Source: a virus
Taxonomy: Duplodnaviria > Caudoviricetes
Direction: 5' to 3' (one strand)
IMG/VR virus record: IMGVR_UViG_3300044935_000065
DNA: 64,000 nucleotides
A model generated the notes under the pieces. It did no database searches. It was given only the letters and a program-made list of their open reading frames with translations, and was not told the DNA's origin. Of this stretch, positions 40,047 to 48,827 are shown piece after piece (position 1 is the first letter of the stretch; the number at the start of each line of letters is the position of its first letter). Position numbers and translations under genes: made by a program.

Positions 40047-40637
40047 GTGATAAAAAAGGATCAAACAATGTTGGAATCGTCTCAAAATAGCAATGAGTTC
40101 TCTATTGTTGGCTGGAATCATATATCAATTTGTGGAGGCCTAACCCGCGTTCATTTCTTGCTACAGAATGATATCGAAGATCGTCAATCTTTGTCGTGGA
40201 AACAATCTGAAAAAGGCTCTATTGTTCAGTGGAAGCAAGTTCTTGCTTATAAAGCAGATGCAGTTGATGAAGAACTTGAAAATAGACAAATCGAATTGTC
40301 AGAAATATGTCTGCTTTCAAATGCAACAACGAAAGATGCGGCCGTAAATATTCCAGTAAAGACCATGATCAGAACTTATGTTGCGGTCTGCTCAAAATTA
40401 AGGATTGATAATTACAATCTGCAAACTGCTCAGCGTTTGTTTTTTAACGAATTTAATAATTTTGTAAATCGTGGTTTACTCACATACGTTGTTCCCAATG
40501 ACAAATCGGTAGGGCCATCTACGGTAAGTGTTAGTCTCGATTTTTTGACTAATATACTTGATCTCCTGGAGGTTTTGATTTGTGCAAAAGCCAGAAATGA
40601 GAAAGTGGCGGAAGAACTTAGTGATGGTGCTATCTAG
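40047..40637 (+). CDS. Hypothetical protein
   Basis: 196-aa ORF. Confidence 0.6.
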   Translation: MIKKDQTMLESSQNSNEFSIVGWNHISICGGLTRVHFLLQNDIEDRQSLSWKQSEKGSIVQWKQVLAYKADAVDEELENRQIELSEICLLSNATTKDAAVNIPVKTMIRTYVAVCSKLRIDNYNLQTAQRLFFNEFNNFVNRGLLTYVVPNDKSVGPSTVSVSLDFLTNILDLLEVLICAKARNEKVAEELSDGAI

Positions 40638-40685
40638 TTTGATCGTTACTGAACACTTATCCAAACGTTTTCAAATTAAAAAATT

Positions 40686-40708
40686 AGCCCGCGATTGCGG
40701 GCTTTTTG
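40686..40708. terminator. Terminator between convergent genes
   Basis: AGCCCGC-gatt-GCGGGCT-TTTT. Confidence 0.75.
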
Positions 40709-40729
40709 ATCTCTGAAACACTGATTGTC

Positions 40730-41254
40730 TTATTTTGCGATTGGAGTTGCCATTTCGACCGCAGGCTCTGGAACGTATTCTGGACCTCGATCACAGATAA
40801 GAATTCCGTTAAGATGATCGATTTCGTGCTGGGCGCACTTTGCTGAAATGCCAGACAAATCCATTTCGTAGCGTTTGTTATCCACGAAGGTAAATCCAAC
40901 ACGAATTGTAGAAGGACGATTTACGACAAAACGCTTTCCAGGTATAGATAGACATCCTTCGACAAGATCCGTCTTCTCTAATCCACTGGTGATTATTTCT
41001 GGATCTATCATAACCAATGGTTTCGGATTCTCATTAATGTCTGTGCGATGAAGCATCACTAACATTCTAATAGATTTGCCGATTTGTGGTGCGGCTAGTC
41101 CAATACCACGTGATTCAACCATGATTTCAATCATCTTGCGCGCAAGATCGCGATGTTCGTTTAGAACATCTCCAATTTCTTCAGCCTTATCGCGAAGCAC
41201 TTTATGCGGATGTATAACCACACCCGCAGGAGTTATGTTTTTAAAATCACTCAT
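40730..41254 (-). CDS. def: Peptide deformylase
   Basis: All three motifs present: GIGLAAPQ, EGCLS, QHEIDHLNG. Confidence 0.95.
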   Translation of the reverse strand: MSDFKNITPAGVVIHPHKVLRDKAEEIGDVLNEHRDLARKMIEIMVESRGIGLAAPQIGKSIRMLVMLHRTDINENPKPLVMIDPEIITSGLEKTDLVEGCLSIPGKRFVVNRPSTIRVGFTFVDNKRYEMDLSGISAKCAQHEIDHLNGILICDRGPEYVPEPAVEMATPIAK

Positions 41255-41261
41255 TTAAGCC

Positions 41262-42635
41262 TCAAGGTGTCTGAATGCCAAAGCTTGCAAAATCTTCTGG
41301 CGATTTCAGGTCGCCGCCGCCAGGTGGTGGAATACGAACTACATTTCCAGTCGCTGCCCATGAATTCGCGTCGGGAATTGTCGGAACCCCGTCAGGGCCT
41401 CGGTACTTATCGACTACACTATCAGGAAGTCGAATAATTCGATGTGGAACGCCATCGGTATAGGTAGGCTCCATCACATCGCCAATGATTCCGTTTTCTC
41501 GCAAGAGGTAGGCGACTTCATGGGGCAGTTTTGAGATCATCTCGGGCGTGATTTCCGAATAGTCAACTGAAGCCAGACTTTCCAACGCCTTCAAAACGTC
41601 TCCAGCTTGTCCGTTGGTCATGCCACCTTGAATTAAACGGTCAACAACTGCATTTGCTTGCTGACGAGCTTCAACAGGGGTGATCGGCTTGATTTCAGCT
41701 TCAGACGTAGTGTTAGGCGACTTATCGGAAGTTGGAGATTGCGGGTTGTCATCAACCTTGGATGCTGAAGGAGTTGGGCGGTCATCTGCTTTTTGAGCTT
41801 CTACTTCAGGCTCCGCGCTTTTAGGAGCTTCTACAACTGGCTTAGTTTCTTCAGCCTTCAGTGTTGCCTCTGTTTTAGGTTCGGTTACAGGTTCCGATGT
41901 CGCCGACGTTTCATCTGTCTTTGTATCGGATTTATCCGCTTCAGAAATTGCCTTTGCGGATTCTTCCTTGAATGCGTCAGGATCGAACGCTGGAAGACCG
42001 AATGCTGGCTCGATTACGTCATCGGATGTATTGTCGTTATCAACAGCTGCTGACTGTTCGACACCATTGGAAACAGATTTAGGGGTTTCAGGTGCGGGTG
42101 CGATAATGTCTGGCTTTTTTAAGAAATCAGGACGATCCAGAATTGGCGGCATTGTAGGCTGGGTAGGCTGCGCATTAACGGGCAGGTTGGGCAAAGATCG
42201 TCTAGCGACATCATTCGGCTGAAGTGCCTGCATGAGCTGCATAAGATCATCGTTAGAAATTTCATCGCTCGGATTCTTACTGAATCCGACAGGAGATGAA
42301 ATCAAAGCAATCGCGATGACTGATGCAACCGCAATGCCAATCGCAGTTCCGAGTAGAAATCGGGAATGTTTTCGAATGAATGAACAAGATTGCTTTTCTT
42401 TAAGTTCGGAAATCAAGCTCTGGTAAGTTTCACTGACTTCGGCGATACCGCCGCTACAGATTTCTACTTCTCCATTGGCATCAACGATAAAAATAGACGC
42501 CAACTTATTGTCAATGCGCATGTCAAGACTGAGACGCTGCCCGCCTGAAATAATCAAAGGAGCGCCAGCACCAAGGAAAATAAACTCAGCGCCACCACCT
42601 TTTACGACATCAGCAAGCCTGATTTTTGAAGACAT
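41262..42635 (-). CDS. Membrane-anchored protein with a long Pro/Glu/Thr linker and a conserved-looking C-terminal domain
   Basis: TM at ~aa 92-113, low-complexity linker, globular Gly/Pro-rich C-terminus. Confidence 0.75.
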   Translation of the reverse strand: MSSKIRLADVVKGGGAEFIFLGAGAPLIISGGQRLSLDMRIDNKLASIFIVDANGEVEICSGGIAEVSETYQSLISELKEKQSCSFIRKHSRFLLGTAIGIAVASVIAIALISSPVGFSKNPSDEISNDDLMQLMQALQPNDVARRSLPNLPVNAQPTQPTMPPILDRPDFLKKPDIIAPAPETPKSVSNGVEQSAAVDNDNTSDDVIEPAFGLPAFDPDAFKEESAKAISEADKSDTKTDETSATSEPVTEPKTEATLKAEETKPVVEAPKSAEPEVEAQKADDRPTPSASKVDDNPQSPTSDKSPNTTSEAEIKPITPVEARQQANAVVDRLIQGGMTNGQAGDVLKALESLASVDYSEITPEMISKLPHEVAYLLRENGIIGDVMEPTYTDGVPHRIIRLPDSVVDKYRGPDGVPTIPDANSWAATGNVVRIPPPGGGDLKSPEDFASFGIQTP

Positions 42636-42902
42636 TATTCATTCCCTTTAATTGTTATCAAAATAATAAATGCTTATTTCGGGAATTTCCATAGCTAAGC
42701 GCCGTACGATAAGAAAATCACGGAAATTTTTATATTTTTAAGTCAGTTGCACTGAAAATCAGATTGGAATTCAGCGCAAAATATGTGGAAATTCATAAAT
42801 TAAAATGGGCGTCATATAATTTTTCTTAAATTATTTTGATTTGAGTTTGTAACCTATAGGTGATATCCATAAGAACAATAATTTTAAAGGACTGATCGAA
42901 AA

Positions 42903-43112
42903 ATGGGGAACTGGAAACCAAGGCCTAACCAAAATCTACGACCTGAACAGAAGGCCAATTACTTCGCTGGATACAGTGATGGATATCATGGTTATAATCA
43001 TGGATCTGGCCATGATGATCCGAGATCATCTCCCTCATATGAGAATGGATGGGAAACCGGACGTAAGGATGCGGGCTTTGAATCCAATCTCCCTATTAAC
43101 TGGAAGCGTTAG
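42903..43112 (+). CDS. Small protein, weakly ribosome-modulation-factor-like
   Basis: Y.AGY.DG..G...Y..GW..G pattern; AAGGA RBS. Confidence 0.45.
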   Translation: MGNWKPRPNQNLRPEQKANYFAGYSDGYHGYNHGSGHDDPRSSPSYENGWETGRKDAGFESNLPINWKR

Positions 43113-43117
43113 TTTCA

Positions 43118-43345
43118 ATGCAAGTGGCAGCAATAGAGACCGCGCAGCGTTTTCGGGAACGGCTGAGGAATGAGCGGATCAGGAGACGTTGCTCGCAATC
43201 CGATCTAGCAACACGAGTTGGCCGTAGTCGAAAGTGGTTATCGGATTTCGAACGCGGTCTCATAGAGCCATCGTTTGTTGTCGTTATTGCACTGGCCAAA
43301 GAATTGAACATATCCATTGAATTCATCTCCTCAGATGCCGAATAG
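43118..43345 (+). CDS. XRE-family HTH transcriptional regulator
   Basis: LRNERIRRRCSQSDLATRVGRSRKWLSDFERG..EPS. Confidence 0.85.
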   Translation: MQVAAIETAQRFRERLRNERIRRRCSQSDLATRVGRSRKWLSDFERGLIEPSFVVVIALAKELNISIEFISSDAE

Positions 43346-43416
43346 CCAGAAACTGTTGACCATAGCGAATGATTGGTGCAGTACGATAAAAACGGCTCCA
43401 ATACGAGGCGAGGTTT

Positions 43417-44091
43417 ATGCCAGGCTACGATCACAAAGATCCAAAAAATCTTCGCATCGCGAAAGAGAAATTGCAGAAAGCTCTTAAACGAGTGACTGCA
43501 GAACTGGAAAACACTACGACCACATATGAAGCAATGGGTAATTCAGATGTTGGCAAAGCACTAACACCACATCTCCGGAAGAATTCATTTAAGGCTCTTC
43601 ATGTCTATCAGGGTGAACTCGGTGGATGGTTTGCAGATGTCGAACTTAAAGGGATGCCTCCTGGAATTCCACGAATTATGGGTACACCTGTTGCATTACC
43701 ATTCGAAACGAGGGAAGAAGCTGAAGAAGCAGGCGAGATGATCCTCCTGACACTGCTCGCGACTATAACGCGGGAAAAGGAAACAAAGGATATCGATGCC
43801 GAAAGCGCTGTTCTTGATTTCTATGACGTAACGTTTCCATTTCCGATTGAAATCTTGAGGAAATTTATTCAGGAATTTGGTAAGCCCTCTGACAAAAGAC
43901 TCTCCGAGGCTATTCATGACTTGGAGGAGTTGCTTGTCGTGAATAACGAGGTGGTTACCTCACGTCTGGAAAATGCAGATCAAGCACTGCATCAGCGCAT
44001 CGGGATCAATCTTATGGTAATTTTGGCTTCTGACACCTTCAGATGGCCATCTCCTAAAGAGCAACGTCCACAAAAGCACACAAGGCATTGA
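43417..44091 (+). CDS. Hypothetical protein
   Basis: 224-aa ORF, GAGG RBS. Confidence 0.75.
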   Translation: MPGYDHKDPKNLRIAKEKLQKALKRVTAELENTTTTYEAMGNSDVGKALTPHLRKNSFKALHVYQGELGGWFADVELKGMPPGIPRIMGTPVALPFETREEAEEAGEMILLTLLATITREKETKDIDAESAVLDFYDVTFPFPIEILRKFIQEFGKPSDKRLSEAIHDLEELLVVNNEVVTSRLENADQALHQRIGINLMVILASDTFRWPSPKEQRPQKHTRH

Positions 44092-44124
44092 TATTTCTAT
44101 TATATTGGTGATTGTTGATTTTTT

Positions 44125-45300
44125 GTCTGGCAGGCCGAGAGGCCTATGCAGCGATTGCCATTGACGCAATCTGCGTCTAGGTTTTTTAGCTGCTGGTCTG
44201 TACCTACACAGACGAAGCTCTCTCGGTTCGCACAGATAACGGAAAGCTCAAATCCCGATTGGGATGCCATTCCGTGGGTCGTTAAGTAGCCAAGTGGGCT
44301 TACGATGCCGTCTCCCGGCACTGCCACCTGGCAGGCAGCGTTACAGGTTGGGTTTACGTTCGACCGTCGCCGATACCACCAGCCTGCGAGCTGTGGGTTC
44401 TTCTAGGATGCCTTTGCCATCAACCTTTAAGCGCTACTCAGATTGACAACTACAGTTTGACGTCCCCCGAACCCATCAGGTTAAGTCCATCCTTTTTGCT
44501 CACATAGCATCGGGTAACAACCGATGATCTGAGGCGTGAAGTTCTTAAGAGCGCCTTCGTTTCAGCTAATCCAGCCAAACTAAGGTCAGACGACACCCGA
44601 ACTCACAAGGTGAAGTCCGCTCTCTTACTCCCTTCCGCTCTTTGAGCCAGAAGTAGCGAATGGGGCCGATTCAACCACCGAGACGTTTAGCGCCAAACCT
44701 GGGCACGTCTCCAGTCTATCTCGGCCCCCAACACTCACTGAGGCCAGCGTCACCGGAGCACGACTGAAGTCGATCTTTCCAGATGGCCATCCCTCACACG
44801 GCAGAGGAATGTCCCAAACGCGATAGAGGGGGCTGCACGCCGTTAGCCTCTACGCGAATGGATTTGCATCCCCTCGCATGAGTGTCGCCGAATTCAAGGG
44901 CCGGAAGAACAAGTCCTCCTATTCTCGGCCGAGACATCCCCACCCGTAAATGATGGATTGCCCTCGAATTCGACAGGTGAGCGGCCAGACATCACAAGCT
45001 GGTCTGCGCAATGGTAGCGAACCATTACAGGATTCCGCGCCCACCCATTTGCCCGCCTAGGTCAGGCAATGATCTACCTGATCCTGCCTAGGTCAGGACC
45101 GTCCATAACGAAGACCTTAAAAAGCCTTCGGACACTAAGGGATGTCAGTAAACCAGAGTACATGCCTCTAGCTAACTGTCATGATTGCCGAATACACGAG
45201 ATTCGGTCAGTCATGGCCGCTTCGCGGCTCAACCCTTTGCTGAATGGGCTGCTTAACATGCCAGCATTAATCAGCTGCCTATCGCTGATCACCCAATTCA
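44125..45300 (-). ncRNA. Candidate very large structured non-coding RNA (~1.2 kb; GOLLD/ROOL-like); strand and ends uncertain
   Basis: No convincing ORF; GC-richer than flanks; over 20 local stems plus long-range stems (GGGGCCGA 44662/TCGGCCCC 44721; GAATTC.AGGGC 44890/GCCCT.GAATTC 44960); minus strand appears purine-rich. Confidence 0.7.
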
Positions 45301-45347
45301 AAATAGAAACACGGCTGCCCGTTGTTCCCAGTTTATTTGACAAGGCC

Positions 45348-45626
45348 TTAGCGTGCTTCTTCAGCAGTAAGTCGCTTGCCCGACAGTTCGATCATTTCCG
45401 CGCTGTTCAGGAAGCTAAAGCTATCGGACCTTTCGGTTCGCAACTCAGGCTCCTTTTCCGATGATAAGGTCTTAAAGCGTGTGATGTCAGCAATAAGGCA
45501 GTTTGAATTAACAAGCTTTCTCATCGCTTCGTTCATTTCTTTAATTCCCGTAAATCGGAAGACGCGGCGTTTATCGCCTGTCGATGATTTAATATTGGCA
45601 TGCCCATTAATTTTGTCAACAGACAC
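45348..45626 (-). CDS. Hypothetical protein
   Basis: 92-aa ORF. Confidence 0.5.
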   Translation of the reverse strand: MSVDKINGHANIKSSTGDKRRVFRFTGIKEMNEAMRKLVNSNCLIADITRFKTLSSEKEPELRTERSDSFSFLNSAEMIELSGKRLTAEEAR

Positions 45627-45660
45627 CGCACATTTTTCCTAAAAAATATAAATCTATTTA

Positions 45661-46575
45661 TTAGAACCTCCTTGTCATCGTAGGAGCAAATAAATCAAGT
45701 TGCTCTACCAACATAGCTTCGGAATGAATTTTGTGATCCATAATTAAAGCCGCAACTACGGGAGCTGTCTCAATATTAATTTTGACTAACCATGAAAAGT
45801 CGGTATCTCGCGAATAAATCCGATTATTGCTAGAAATTGATTGTTTGATGTCCTCAACAAAAGCGTCATTTTTCTTTTCAAAATTAATAACTGCCATCAT
45901 AACTGGTCCTGGATCATCAAAAAAGCCGTCGCTCTCAAGGAAATATGCGGCACGTGAATGCTTTAATACTTCATCGAGGTCATTATCGATACCATTCCCG
46001 ACCCTAACATCAAGAAATACGCCTTCGCTATCATAGAGGTCGATAGCAATGTTTGTTGTCGTGGAATTTCTGGGTATGACGAACTTGTCGTTCTTTTTGT
46101 CGTATTGAGGTAACGCGATATATCTTTCGCCATGCCTTATGTCAGAGAAACTCGAAAGAATTTTTTGATTTAGCCCTACATCGATTTTAGACTGATATAA
46201 ATCGATGTAATTTTCCCCATAGGAAAGCAAGAGGGATGGCTTTCTACTTCGAACTTCGTCTTCTGAAGCTTCTGGTGGTTGGATGGCAATGTTCTTAATG
46301 CTGTTCCGAACTAGTAATTCTATGTTTTTACGTTTATTGGGGTCGTCGGTATATTTTTTAGACAGTTGCTCCGCATACTTAGGCATTTTATTTCGAACTG
46401 TAGATATCTCATCTCGGGACCATTTGTGCCCGCCGTGATAAACGGCGTTAATAGAGTGAAAAAAGCCCGCATCTGGTTTGTTGTAGCCTTTTTTGTCCTG
46501 CTTCCGAGCGCCGTCACAATCCTGCGCCAAATCGCTGACGAACTGTTGAAGTGTAAAACCCATGTTATCCTCCAA
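45661..46575 (-). CDS. Hypothetical protein (CDGA...D..G.NK.D N-terminal module)
   Basis: GGAGG RBS before MGFTLQ; module resembles N-termini seen on some phage/plasmid helicases. Confidence 0.7.
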   Translation of the reverse strand: MEDNMGFTLQQFVSDLAQDCDGARKQDKKGYNKPDAGFFHSINAVYHGGHKWSRDEISTVRNKMPKYAEQLSKKYTDDPNKRKNIELLVRNSIKNIAIQPPEASEDEVRSRKPSLLLSYGENYIDLYQSKIDVGLNQKILSSFSDIRHGERYIALPQYDKKNDKFVIPRNSTTTNIAIDLYDSEGVFLDVRVGNGIDNDLDEVLKHSRAAYFLESDGFFDDPGPVMMAVINFEKKNDAFVEDIKQSISSNNRIYSRDTDFSWLVKINIETAPVVAALIMDHKIHSEAMLVEQLDLFAPTMTRRF

Positions 46576-46632
46576 ATTATCAATTACGGATAACTTAGCA
46601 TTTGTTTATAGATACTCAAAATTTTGAATTAA

Positions 46633-46950
46633 TTAGACGTCTGGTATCATTGGTTTATTCAAATCTTCCTTCGGAACAATTTCAAAATCGATCTCACAGC
46701 TGAAAACATGTGCAATTTCACCAAGGGTGCGTAATGTTAATTCGGTGCGACCCCATATAATATCTTCAAGCTCTCCTGGCGTTAGGTCTAATTCCTGTGC
46801 AGCCTTTTCGAGCGTCATCCCATTTTCAGCTGCGACTAGGAACGCCCCCTGGACAGAGGCCAGCACCTCAGCGATAAATGCCTCGGCAAAGGCTTCCTTG
46901 TCTGCGATTTCTTGATCTGTAAGCATTTGAAACCTCATTTTTAAACGCAT
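46633..46950 (-). CDS. HTH (XRE-like) protein
   Basis: GMTLEKAAQELDLTPGELEDIIWG..ELTLRTLGEIA. Confidence 0.7.
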   Translation of the reverse strand: MRLKMRFQMLTDQEIADKEAFAEAFIAEVLASVQGAFLVAAENGMTLEKAAQELDLTPGELEDIIWGRTELTLRTLGEIAHVFSCEIDFEIVPKEDLNKPMIPDV

Positions 46951-47004
46951 TATTCAATAAAAAAGGAGGCTTGTCGCCTCCTCATTATGCTTAATCATAG
47001 AATT

Positions 47005-48192
47005 TTAATTTTTCATAGCATCCATTCTTTCGCGCTGTTTCCAGAATTCCTTCAATGAGAAAATTCCATGATCAATCAATCCATCCTCGATGCCGTCAAT
47101 TGCCTGTTCGAGATGCGGTTCTAATATTGGGGCATCAAGCTGGTGTTCTGCAAAGAAGTGATTAACGGTTCCAGCGCCTTCAGTATGAAAACGGCGACGG
47201 CCGCAATTGTTAAGGGAATAATGCAGATCGCGATCAATATAGCGGAGCCACAACATGTCCGCTGTCGCGAGAACACCTGCTTTGGCGCGTGCTTTATCAA
47301 GAATGGAGTATAGAGCAGTATTTGACCAAGCATGTTTGCTCATAATATCAGATATGATTTTCTGTATTTTTTCATCCTTGGAATATTTGGCAACGAGTTC
47401 TTCCATCGCCTTTGTGCCATCTTTACCTGCAGCCCATGCAATTGAAAGTGTCTCTCTCTCTACAAGACCGAGATTTTTCTTTTCTCCATCGAATACTCCC
47501 GTTTTGCGAGAGTAATGAAGTGCGCACAAAATGGCCACGACCTGATACTTGAGATCAGCCTTTTCAAAACCTGTCCACGGCTTTCCGAGTTGCTTTTTAA
47601 AGGCCTCTTCGGTTGCATCTCTATCAAGAATGCTGTTTTCCCATGTGATGTTATTATCACGCAACCATTCCATAGGAGTGCGAGCTGGGTGGACGTCCTT
47701 ATCACGACCGTCTGGATCAAAGTAGGCCGAAACAGAAGTTACCTTCCAATGTTCGGATTGGTAATGATTTAGACCAACATTGTTTTTGGTACCACCGAGT
47801 GAAAGGGTGCGACTATAGCCCTTACCTTTCATTTTAAATAGAACAATGCCTGCCATAATCGATATCAATGGAACAATTATCCATCGTGTCTGCGATCCGA
47901 CGATGTTTCTTACGTGGTAGAAATCACCAAACGAAACGCCATCTTGCGGGTTGGTGCGGCCATCGAAAATCGATGTAACGAAGTTCTTTGTTTGCTGCCC
48001 TACAGACCCCAGACCTCCTTTGACAATCTCAATAATCTTGATCGAAACATAATCCAATGCGAAAGCTGGATATAGAACAAGAGGGCGCATGAAGAACCAG
48101 ACCAATAGTACAATCATGGCAATCACGATGATTGCAGCAATTGCGAACACTTCAGTTGTATTGGCTTCCTCAGGCTTCAAATTCGATGACAT
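47005..48192 (-). CDS. dotM: Type IVB secretion coupling-complex protein IcmP/DotM (TrbA-like)
   Basis: N-terminal TMs; A.TP.EW...F.KQLG.PW, AR..AGVLA..D.LWL..IDR.L.YSLN..GR....EGAG...HF.AE. Confidence 0.85.
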   Translation of the reverse strand: MSSNLKPEEANTTEVFAIAAIIVIAMIVLLVWFFMRPLVLYPAFALDYVSIKIIEIVKGGLGSVGQQTKNFVTSIFDGRTNPQDGVSFGDFYHVRNIVGSQTRWIIVPLISIMAGIVLFKMKGKGYSRTLSLGGTKNNVGLNHYQSEHWKVTSVSAYFDPDGRDKDVHPARTPMEWLRDNNITWENSILDRDATEEAFKKQLGKPWTGFEKADLKYQVVAILCALHYSRKTGVFDGEKKNLGLVERETLSIAWAAGKDGTKAMEELVAKYSKDEKIQKIISDIMSKHAWSNTALYSILDKARAKAGVLATADMLWLRYIDRDLHYSLNNCGRRRFHTEGAGTVNHFFAEHQLDAPILEPHLEQAIDGIEDGLIDHGIFSLKEFWKQRERMDAMKN

Positions 48193-48245
48193 CTGAAAAC
48201 ACTCCTAAAAAATCACGTAATATCCGATTTTGCCCTTTTTATTCC

Positions 48246-48827
48246 TCACATCAAATTTTTCAGGCGATTAATTTTCGAATTCCCATTTGGTGAGGCCTTT
48301 GTATCATTCTCATCGGCGGAATTATTGGTCGCCTGATCTGTTTGTTTTGCATCAGCAACGGGCCTTGCCTCTGTAGAAGAAGCAGTAGTAGTTGGCGAAG
48401 CTGTAGGTCGATGTTGTGCTGAAGGCGCATAAACAGCCGTTTCAGGCATTTGATGACCATGTTCCTGTATTGGAGCATAAACAGATGATGGAGGCATCGG
48501 ATGAGGCGTTTGTGGCCAAGGTGTCGGAATGGGTAAAGGGGCATGATATCCAACGGGAGGAATTGGGCTTGCGATCCCCTGCCCGTTTTTCCTGTTTTTA
48601 CGTCGCATTCTTTTTTCAAGAATAATATCGAGGTCGCATTCATCAATGATGCTCTCAGGAAGTTCCCCAGATTCCAACATTGCCATCAGGCCAGCGCGCA
48701 ACATCGACCGGAAAACATCCTGAGGTCGATCCAGTTTTTTCGCCGCTTCCCATACGCCAATGAGAATATCATCCTCTTTGATGCCAGGTTTTACATAAAT
48801 CTGAAGTGAACGAGAGCGTTCAAACAT
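48246..48827 (-). CDS. Putative ParR/StbB-like partition adaptor
   Basis: Directly downstream of parM; N-terminal DNA-binding-like domain, Pro-rich disordered middle, C-terminal NRLKNLM. Confidence 0.65.
   Translation of the reverse strand: MFERSRSLQIYVKPGIKEDDILIGVWEAAKKLDRPQDVFRSMLRAGLMAMLESGELPESIIDECDLDIILEKRMRRKNRKNGQGIASPIPPVGYHAPLPIPTPWPQTPHPMPPSSVYAPIQEHGHQMPETAVYAPSAQHRPTASPTTTASSTEARPVADAKQTDQATNNSADENDTKASPNGNSKINRLKNLM

Noticed and set aside
10836-40637. Intact prophage
   Set aside because: Phage-like accessory genes only; no terminase, capsid, tail, lysis genes or att/integrase pair in the window
44125-45300. Group II intron or IS element as the explanation for the structured region
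   Set aside because: No domain V/VI consensus, RT or transposase ORF, terminal inverted repeats or interrupted host gene seen
44600-45320. RNase P RNA-like words (GAGGAATGTCC ~44804, GAAGTCCG ~44612, AGAAACACGGCT ~45305)
   Set aside because: P4 pairing is poor and other universally conserved RNase P segments were not found; left to cmscan
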